From Candidatus Bathyarchaeota archaeon (GTDB taxonomy: Archaea; Thermoproteota; Bathyarchaeia; Bathyarchaeales; Bathycorpusculaceae), in NCBI GenBank assembly GCA_963715865.1, contig OY970280.1:1-64000 (forward strand): a stretch of DNA of 64,000 nucleotides. The letters are read 5' to 3'. The notes under the pieces are model-generated. The model did not search any database. It was given only the letters and a program-made list of their open reading frames with translations, and was not told the DNA's origin. A program made the position numbers and the translations under genes. Positions 56,839 to 64,000 of the stretch are shown here, one piece after another. The first letter of the stretch is position 1; every line of letters starts with the position of its first letter.

Positions 56839-57024
56839 ATGAAAGAGCTGAGAGAAAAACAGCACCTGACGCAGGAGCAGCTAGCCCAAAAGGTAGGCGT
56901 AAGAAGAGAGACAATACTTTTCTTAGAGAAGGGTAAGTATAACCCTTCACTTAAGCTGGCTCATGATGTCGCGAAAGCATTAGGCTCAAAGATAGAAGAT
57001 GTATTCGTCTTTGAGGAAGAATAA
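56839..57024 (+). CDS. XRE-family HTH regulator
   Basis: [30 protein letters not shown]. Confidence 0.92.
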   Translation: MKELREKQHLTQEQLAQKVGVRRETILFLEKGKYNPSLKLAHDVAKALGSKIEDVFVFEEE

Positions 57025-57032
57025 CGAACAAG

Positions 57033-58517
57033 TTATTCTATTTTTAAATCAGTTTTTTTTGAGCCAACTCCAATTGCAAGTGTAGCTATAAACAGTAGGA
57101 TGATTATTGACATTATTGAGAACTCTGGGATTGAAGGTGTTGCTGTTGGCGTTGCCGTTGGTATTGCGGTGGCAGTGGACGTGAGAGAACTTGGCGAAGG
57201 ACTTGTCAGCGCTAATTGGGCGGCGGTTACTGGTGGAGCTGAGGGGTTTGGCGAATTCAATATGGGTGTGAAGTTGACTTTGCCCAAGTTAAAGTCGTTC
57301 TTTAGGTCGTAAATGCTTTGGTTTATTGCTTGTGTGTCAGTTGTTCCCCACCAGTTGTTAGCGGCGTCAATGTTGTTTGATGTGCCTTTTAGTCTAATGC
57401 TGTACTGGTTGCTGTTTTCTATGTTGTTGCCGCTTATAGTTGGAGAAACCGCGTTGTTTAGAGTTATGCCTATTCCACTGTTGACTATGGTGTTGTCCTG
57501 AATTACTGCGTTGCCCGTTGCGCTGATTGCTGTAGCGTTGCTGTTAATGATTAAATTGCCTTGAATTTTTACTGAAACCTCAGTAGTGTTAAGGATATTG
57601 ATGCCTGTCTGTACATTAGATATTATGTTGCTAACAATGTCAACGCTTCCCGTGCCAGCGCCAATGTCAACTGCAACATAATAAGTATAACCTTCTTGAA
57701 TTATGTTGCCAGTGATTAATGCGTGGTCGAAAACGCTGTATCCGTTGTCACTGTACTCGTATGCGTTGAAGCCTATTACGCCGATGATATTGTTACTTGA
57801 AACAACAGGTGAACCTTGCATGATGGCAATTGTGTCATAGTCCCGGTCAAAGCTCCTTCCAATCCAGAAATAGCTGCTTCCTCCTGAAATTTGGTTGTTG
57901 GAAACTACTGGTGAGCCGCCGTAGAGTCCCATTCCGCCTGTTATGACATTGTTTGTAATTGTGGAAGGTCCACTGACTTCGACTCCACCGTTAATCTGGT
58001 TATTCAATATGGTTGAGGAGCCGCCGCTTATTGTAATGGCGGTATTAGAATTCATCATGCCAGCATTGTCGTTGAACGTATTGCTGCCTATTTTTACAGA
58101 GCAATTTGCTATAGAAATCACGGTCTGATTAATTATTGCATTTTCAATTATGCAGCCAGAGCCTGATTGCTCATTCCAACTGGTGCTCGAAGCGGTGAAC
58201 TTTATCTGTCCAGCGTTAACTGTTGCACTGTTAATATAAATTGGATTTGTGCTGGTGCCTCTTGCATTTAAGGTCCCATTAACCTGCAGATAATACGTGT
58301 TGAGATTAACTGTTGCGCCCGCTTCGATTGTTAAGGTAACTCCTGAGCTTATCAATGTTGGTCCAGAAAGTTTGTATGGACTGTTAGCTTTTGTCCAAGT
58401 GGTATCTGAACTAATTATGCTCGGAGGAACGGTATCAGCATGGACGACATTGCAGACAAAAATAAGCGGACAAACGATAAGAGTTGCGAGTAATATGGCG
58501 TAAGAAAGGCTTCTCAT
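57033..58517 (-). CDS. Secreted right-handed parallel beta-helix (NosD/pectin-lyase-like) protein with Pro/Thr linker and PEF-CTERM-like tail
   Basis: Signal peptide, repeated ISGN/IINN/ITGN units, NNWWG, IPEF followed by TM helix and KK; ATG at 58517. Confidence 0.82.
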   Translation of the reverse strand: MRSLSYAILLATLIVCPLIFVCNVVHADTVPPSIISSDTTWTKANSPYKLSGPTLISSGVTLTIEAGATVNLNTYYLQVNGTLNARGTSTNPIYINSATVNAGQIKFTASSTSWNEQSGSGCIIENAIINQTVISIANCSVKIGSNTFNDNAGMMNSNTAITISGGSSTILNNQINGGVEVSGPSTITNNVITGGMGLYGGSPVVSNNQISGGSSYFWIGRSFDRDYDTIAIMQGSPVVSSNNIIGVIGFNAYEYSDNGYSVFDHALITGNIIQEGYTYYVAVDIGAGTGSVDIVSNIISNVQTGINILNTTEVSVKIQGNLIINSNATAISATGNAVIQDNTIVNSGIGITLNNAVSPTISGNNIENSNQYSIRLKGTSNNIDAANNWWGTTDTQAINQSIYDLKNDFNLGKVNFTPILNSPNPSAPPVTAAQLALTSPSPSSLTSTATAIPTATPTATPSIPEFSIMSIIILLFIATLAIGVGSKKTDLKIE

Positions 58518-58658
58518 ACCTAGCACTCCATATAGAAATGGCAATTTTGCGGATATTAATCTTTGCAAACTGCAACCAATTAAATAGAACCCTTGATTTT
58601 TGCATAAGGCAGCTATTCAGTCAGCAGCCAATGCGTTAACGAGAGTGATTATCTAGCG

Positions 58659-60006
58659 CTATTCTTTTTGTAGTTTTGCTATGAAGAAGCCGTTGCACTG
58701 GTGAATATGCGGATAAAGCCGTTGGCATTTTGTTAATCCTCGCATTCCAGGCAAGCCAATTTTCGGCGTAATTTCTGTTAATGATGAATTCTGGATGCCA
58801 CTTCAAAAACCGCTCAATTATCATCTCGTTTTCTTCCACGGTTATGCTGCATGTAGAATAAGTTAAGGCTCCGCCAGAAGCGACTTTTTCAGCACAGCTG
58901 TCAATCATTTTCCACTGGATAGCCGCCATTTTCTCAATCGACTTTGGTCTGAGACGCCATTTGGCTGAGGGCTGCTTGGCGAAGACGCCTGTGCTGGTGC
59001 ATGGCGGGTCCAAAACCACCAAATCCGCTTGCGTGTTGAAGGGCAAAGAGGCGCAGGCATCGGCAATTATTGGCTCAGTGATTATGGTTCCCATGCGGGC
59101 GGTTTCTTTTTTCCACACTTTCATTCTTCTATTGGAGAAATCAACTGAGGCTATTCTGCCAGTGTTTTGCATTAGCTGGGCTAAATATGTGGTTTTGGCG
59201 CCTGGCGCAGCGCAAACATCAAAAACCACGCTGCCCGGCTTGGGGTCTGCGGCTTCTGCGGCGAAACAGCTTGCTTTATCTTGGATGTAGAATAATCCTT
59301 CCTTGTAGCTGGGTAACGTGTTTAGCGGTTGCTTTGCTTCTAAGACTTTGTATGTATATTTTAGCGGCAGGATTTTTTCCAGTTTTACGTCTTCTGCATC
59401 GAGTTTTTGCAGGATTGTTTCTTCTGTTGCCGATAGAGTGTTCATTCTGATGTGCGTGGGCGGCGGATTTATGCTTCCTTCCAAGAAAGCAATGGCTTCA
59501 CTGCGCCCCATGAGCTTATAACAATATTTAACGAACCATGACGGATGAAAAGTTTGCAGGCTCACTCGTTGCTCATCACCTGCCGTCTCCAAAATCGGTT
59601 CCAACGGGCGCGTAAGCAAAAAGCCCAAAAACGGCTCAACTTCTCGGAGGGTTTGCCAGCCTAAAATAGCCCTGCCCAAGCTGGCGATGTGCTCTGCTTC
59701 TTGAAGGTTAATTTTAGCCCACTTCTTGGCAACGCGAGTTTGGTAAACATACAAGCGAAGGAAAGATTGGATGCCTAAATTGTATTCGCTGATTTTTTTA
59801 GGCGCAACTACTGTGTTGACGAATTTGTCTATGAGGTTTCTGCGCCGTGTAGTCTCAACCAATAACCCGTAAGCATAACGTATCGCGTTCGGGTTGTCTG
59901 CGCCAAGCTGCTTAACGGTTCTTGCCAAGGCTAAGCGTTCGCTTAGTTTTTGCATTTCCATCCAGCTTAGGGTTTCAATGGCGATTGTCCAGGCATCCTT
60001 CAGCAA
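58659..60006 (-). pseudogene. RsmB/NOP2-family RNA m5C methyltransferase with a +1 frameshift near 58785
   Basis: IQDKAS, DVCAAPGAKT, LDPPCT, YSTCSI..EENE; the conserved tail RLYPHIHQCNGFFIAKL lies in the +1 frame; length 1348 = 3n+1. Confidence 0.8.
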
Positions 60007-60163
60007 TTACTTTCACTCCTGAAACAAGATGCAACGGTTCTAAATAAGAATTCAAACCGCGGCTGTTACTGCCTAAGCACAGCCACATATCTTTATGAAC
60101 AATTCATTCGTGCTAGTCCGTTGTGTTCTAAAACCAAAGCTCCAAAAAATGGAGGTGACAGGT

Positions 60164-60301
60164 TTGTCAAGAAGGCAAAACAAAGAAGAAACGGAAAAAG
60201 GTAAAATGTCTGTAAGCGAAGCAGGTAGAAGAGGCGGCGCAAGGGGCGGTCCACGAGTCCGCGAATTAATACGTGAAGGAAAAGAACACGAACAAGAATA
60301 A
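60164..60301 (+). CDS. 45-aa KGG/GsiB/Em-like general stress microprotein
   Basis: GGAGGTGA SD then TTG; KGKMSVSEAGRRGG. Confidence 0.75.
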   Translation: MSRRQNKEETEKGKMSVSEAGRRGGARGGPRVRELIREGKEHEQE

Positions 60302-60817
60302 AACAAATAACAACTTCAAGAATCCTTAAAAAAAACTTGTGCCCATAACCAGCATGCACGGAACTTTATCTCGCAGGTCTGCTTAGCGGGTGCTGAAAAG
60401 CTAAAACAACCTCCTCCATACTCAAAGCGTCCACAGATGGCTCTATTATCTCGACAAAACATTTCTGCGTTGTCGAAACTAATCTGCAGGCGAAGAAGCA
60501 TAATAGTATTCACTATTGAAAAAGGAAAAGTGTACACTAAACTACAGTAGGCATTCTAAAGGGCTCGATAGTCGCAACTAAAGCGCAAGCCAAAAAGCTG
60601 CGTTTGCCCGCTCAATTGTTTGAACAAAACTTTTACGCGATCGAACAAAACAGCAGACTCCAAGCCTTAGAACCTACATCTTGCTACTGGCTGATGCTGA
60701 AATTGTCTACTTTCAAAACAAAAACTGTATACTAGTTATGGGCATACTAAAAAAACACGACCATTCTTTAAAATTCATTTCAAAAATTTGATTCAAATTG
60801 GAGGTGAATTCTTGAGC

Positions 60818-60973
60818 ATGTCAAATAAAAGTAAGGCTGAACAAGGACGGTACATGTGCCCTGAATGCGGCCAAATTTTCAACGATAAAAAATCAGTTGA
60901 GAGCCACCTTCACATGATGCATGAGCAACACATAAGGACTGTGCATGAGGAATACCATCAGGGAATACATTAA
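60818..60973 (+). CDS. C2H2 zinc-finger microprotein
   Basis: GGAGGTGA SD; YMCPECGQIFNDKKSVESHLHMMH; alternative TTG at 60812. Confidence 0.78.
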   Translation: MSNKSKAEQGRYMCPECGQIFNDKKSVESHLHMMHEQHIRTVHEEYHQGIH

Positions 60974-61119
60974 AGTCTTGTTTTCTTTTCAACTTCTTTT
61001 CCAATTTTGCTAAATCTTCATTCCCTCAAAGCTAAAGAGTGACATGTAAATCATTGGATTTTAGTAAGTAAAGATTTTAGTCGGTGTACACCATAGAAGA
61101 GGCTAGGGTTAAAAGGGGA

Positions 61120-63828
61120 ATGGCGCAGCAAAGTTTAGACTTCTACTATAGGAAAGAGAGCAAACCCGAAAAAAAGCAAGAAGCAAAAGCGGAAGCCTAT
61201 CAAGCGCCATCACCTGCAGTTGCGGCTGAAGAAAAAAAACAGGAAAAGAAACGTCGCACGTTTCCACCAGTAGCACCTGAAAATCTGCCACCATCATATT
61301 TTGTTTCAGCATCCTACGATGGACGCCAAAAGAAAGCCGTAATAAAACTTTATGAGCCAGAATCAGGAAAAATCTACTTCTGGTACGATAACACCGGACA
61401 CAAACCCTACTGCCTCACAAACCTGTCACCGTACGAACTGGAAAAAATCGACCGTTTAATTAACCATGAAGGCTTTGACCATTTTGAACTACAAGAAAAA
61501 TTTGACCCCTTACTTAACCAAAACGTTAAAGTTACAAAAATAGTTGCGGGTGACCCATTAGCCATAGGCGGCAGACCCCAAGGCACAATAAGAGACATAA
61601 TCCCAGAGGACTTCCCCAAAGTCTCCGACGTGCCAGTTGCGCGAGAAGACATCAAGGTCTGGGAATCAAAAATAAAATATTATCAATCTTACATTTACGA
61701 CCGTCAACTTCTGCCAGGAATGATATACGAAGTTAAAAACGGCAATCTTGTTCCTAAAGTGCTTGAAGAAGCCACAGAAAACCTAAACAAAATAAAACTG
61801 CTCTTCAAAGAAGCCACCGATGAAGAACGCGAATATGCTGAAATGTGGGCAAAACTTCTCGAGTATCCTGCGCCGAAGTTCCGCAGGGCAGCCATAGACA
61901 TAGAAGTTTACGCGCCAATATCCACAAGAATGCCTGATCCACGGGAAGCAGCATGCCCAGTAATCGCCGTGTCGGTTTACAGTTCAGACGGCGAGAAAAA
62001 AGTATTAGTTCTTAAACGTGAAGGCGTGCGAGAAGGCAGCCAGCACTTAGCCGCGGACATAAAGGTGGAGTATTGCGAAACCGAGGAAGACCTGATTAGG
62101 AAAACATTCGATGTTCTCTGGGAATACCCGTTCATTTTAACTTTCAACGGCGACGACTTTGACCTTCGCTACCTTAGCCACCGAGCAATGAACTTAGGCT
62201 TTAGCAGAAATGAGGTTCCGATAGAAATAGGCAAACGCGTCTGCCTACTAAAATACGGCGTCCACATTGACCTATACAAGTTCTTCTTCAACAGGTCAGT
62301 GCAAATCTACGCCTTCAACAACCGCTACCGCGACGTAACTCTCGACGACGTAGGCAACGCGTTAATAGGAGTAGAAAAAATCCATTTGGAAAAAACTTTC
62401 GGAGACTTAACATACACTGAACTAGCGCAGTACTGCCTGCGCGACTCAGAAATCGCTTACAAACTGACCAGTTTCGAAGACGACTCAGCAATGAAGTTAA
62501 TCCTGGTCCTAGCCAGAATCAGCAGTATGCCAATGGAGGACGTAAGCCGCCAAGGCGTAAGCCGCTGGATACGAAACTTCATGCACCGTGAACACCGAAA
62601 AAGAAACATGCTAATACCGAACGCTGAAGACATTCTTACAAAAAAAGGCAAAACCGCCACTACAGCCATAATAAAAGGCAAAAAATACAAAGGCGCTATG
62701 GTCGTTGAACCAACTCCAGGCGTTCACTTTAACGTTGCCGTCATGGACTTTCCAAGCCTATACCCGTCAATAATTAAAGTTTGGAACCTCGGCTACCAAT
62801 CAATCCTATGCCCACATCCAGAATGCAGAAGCCACTTGATACCGGACACGCCGCATTGGGTGTGCACTAAGAAGCGGGCGTTAGAAAGTTTGCTCATTGG
62901 CTCGTTAAGAGATTTACGTGTGAAATGGTATAAGCAGCGCTCCAAAGACAAAACCTTACCGGCTGAACTCAGAAGCTGGTACAGCATCACTCAGGGAGCG
63001 CTTAAAGTTATTTTGAACGCCAGCTACGGGGTCTTCGGCGCCGACAGCTTCGACCTGTATTGTCCACCAGTAGCAGAAGCAACAGCAGCCATCGGCAGGT
63101 ACTCTATAACCCAAATACTCAAGCATGCGGAAGTGCTAGGCATACAGGTTCTCTACGGAGACACAGACAGCCTATTCCTGAAAAACCCTTCTAAAGAACA
63201 AGTGGAAGAATTAGTCCGCTACACAGAACATGAATTAAACATGGGCATCGACGTTGACAAAATCTACAGGTACGCGGTCTTTAGCTCTCGCAAAAAAAAT
63301 TATCTTGGAGTTTTAGAAGACGGCTCAGTTGACGTTAAAGGCTTAACAGGCAAGAAAAAACACATTCCAATTTTCATAAAAAATGCTTTTAACCAAATGA
63401 AAGAGAGGCTTGCAAAAGTTAAGAACCCCGAAGACTTCGAAAAAGCAAAAAAAGACATAGCTGAAATAATTCGCGAACGCTATACTATACTTAAAAGAAG
63501 AGAATGGGAAAGCATTAACGAGCTTGCGTTTCACGTGGTTTTAGGCGAAGAACTTGAACGGTACACGAAAACCACTCCTCAGCATGTTAAAGCTGCAAAA
63601 ATTCTAAGAGACAGCGGAAAGGAGCTAAGAGCAGGTGATTTGATTAGTTTCGTTAAAGTTATAAGGGACCCGCACGTGAAACCAGTTGAGTTAACATCAA
63701 AAAACGAGGTTGATGTTGACAAGTACATTGCTTATTTGCATTCTACTTTCGACCAAGTTCTGGATGCTTTAGGGTTAAGTTTTGATGAAATTATTGGCTT
63801 AACGAAACTTGAAAGGTTTCTTGCGTAA
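61120..63828 (+). CDS. polB1: Family B DNA polymerase, PolB1 type
   Basis: AIDIEV, TFNGDDFD, DFPSLYPSI, KVILNASYG, YGDTDS, KKNY; N-terminal YDG...AVIKLY characteristic of the B1 group; ATG at 61120. Confidence 0.93.
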   Translation: MAQQSLDFYYRKESKPEKKQEAKAEAYQAPSPAVAAEEKKQEKKRRTFPPVAPENLPPSYFVSASYDGRQKKAVIKLYEPESGKIYFWYDNTGHKPYCLTNLSPYELEKIDRLINHEGFDHFELQEKFDPLLNQNVKVTKIVAGDPLAIGGRPQGTIRDIIPEDFPKVSDVPVAREDIKVWESKIKYYQSYIYDRQLLPGMIYEVKNGNLVPKVLEEATENLNKIKLLFKEATDEEREYAEMWAKLLEYPAPKFRRAAIDIEVYAPISTRMPDPREAACPVIAVSVYSSDGEKKVLVLKREGVREGSQHLAADIKVEYCETEEDLIRKTFDVLWEYPFILTFNGDDFDLRYLSHRAMNLGFSRNEVPIEIGKRVCLLKYGVHIDLYKFFFNRSVQIYAFNNRYRDVTLDDVGNALIGVEKIHLEKTFGDLTYTELAQYCLRDSEIAYKLTSFEDDSAMKLILVLARISSMPMEDVSRQGVSRWIRNFMHREHRKRNMLIPNAEDILTKKGKTATTAIIKGKKYKGAMVVEPTPGVHFNVAVMDFPSLYPSIIKVWNLGYQSILCPHPECRSHLIPDTPHWVCTKKRALESLLIGSLRDLRVKWYKQRSKDKTLPAELRSWYSITQGALKVILNASYGVFGADSFDLYCPPVAEATAAIGRYSITQILKHAEVLGIQVLYGDTDSLFLKNPSKEQVEELVRYTEHELNMGIDVDKIYRYAVFSSRKKNYLGVLEDGSVDVKGLTGKKKHIPIFIKNAFNQMKERLAKVKNPEDFEKAKKDIAEIIRERYTILKRREWESINELAFHVVLGEELERYTKTTPQHVKAAKILRDSGKELRAGDLISFVKVIRDPHVKPVELTSKNEVDVDKYIAYLHSTFDQVLDALGLSFDEIIGLTKLERFLA

Positions 63829-63865
63829 TTATAGCAGTTGAATAATTACGATAGCAGTTGAATAA
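63824..63865. repeat. 15-bp direct repeat with 20-bp period plus an 8-bp hairpin between convergent stops
   Basis: ATAGCAGTTGAATAA at 63831-45 and 63851-65; CGTAATTA (63824-31) / TAATTACG (63843-50). Confidence 0.8.
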
Positions 63866-63953
63866 GAATGCCTAGTAACGTGAAAAATGCAACTATCAAA
63901 GATATTATTGCAACTACTTGGCGCTCAGTTAATGGCCGATGGTAAGTTATCAC
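63846..63953 (-). CDS. 35-aa single-TM microprotein (not in the ORF track)
   Basis: AAGGAG SD, GTG start, MITYHRPLTERQVVAIISLIVAFFTLLGILIQLLS. Confidence 0.45.
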   Translation of the reverse strand: MITYHRPLTERQVVAIISLIVAFFTLLGILIQLLS

Positions 63954-64000
63954 TGTGATTAGGCTCCTTCTATGATCAGATGAAAGCTTTTTCCCATCAA

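Larger units (their letters stand above)
53969..58570. mobile_element. Candidate accessory island (no integrase visible)
   Basis: tRNA fragment at left edge; TA-like pair, DUF488, XRE operon and a secreted beta-helix protein lie between housekeeping speB and rsmB-like. Confidence 0.35.

Noticed and set aside
60316-60537. Cys-rich minus-strand ORF as a possible RiPP precursor or metal-binding peptide
   Set aside because: No convincing SD or start, no family motif and no adjacent maturase; not called, but not excluded.
37-63534. Numerous 60-180 aa ORFs antisense or off-frame to long genes (for example 298-708, 1504-1950, 28944-29477, 49801-50229)
   Set aside because: They lie within well-supported genes and have no recognisable motifs; treated as shadow ORFs.
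1-64000. Transposases, integrases, rRNA, intact tRNA and CRISPR arrays
   Set aside because: None recognised on either strand.

Overview
Archaeal chromosomal segment, most consistent with a Bathyarchaeia/TACK-type organism. This is inferred from a PolB1-type polymerase, thermosome, prefoldin beta, Sua5, archaeal CobT/CobY/CobZ, and a TrmB regulator beside a large secreted PQQ-like beta-propeller protein. 1-20 kb: a mixed locus of two B12-binding radical SAM genes, cobamide salvage genes (cobD, cobS, cobY, frameshifted cobZ, Dph6-like ATPase) and five glycosyltransferases. Its core is a divergent unit with cobS-cobY-rSAM/SPASM-DUF362 running left and epimerase-UbiA-tetraether synthase (Tes)-like running right; this is the best candidate for an undescribed B12-dependent tetraether lipid-tailoring system. 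20-26 kb: accessory regulator/secreted-protein block. 26.7-29.8 kb: a second cobamide operon. 30-38.6 kb: housekeeping genes (nfo, ECF module, DHH, pfdB, PAC4-like, sua5). 38.6-44.5 kb: GT4/six-hairpin/GH130 cluster and small stress proteins. 44.6-54 kb: thermosome, thyA, MNT-HEPN, moeA pair, speB, plus an unexplained nested 12-bp repeat/palindrome element at 52782-52975. 54-58.6 kb: island-like block starting at a tRNA 3' fragment. 58.6-64 kb: rsmB-like, microproteins and polB1. Three genes carry single +1 insertions, so assembly error is possible. No CRISPR array, rRNA, intact tRNA, transposase or integrase was seen. All family assignments come from motif recognition by eye and need HMM confirmation.
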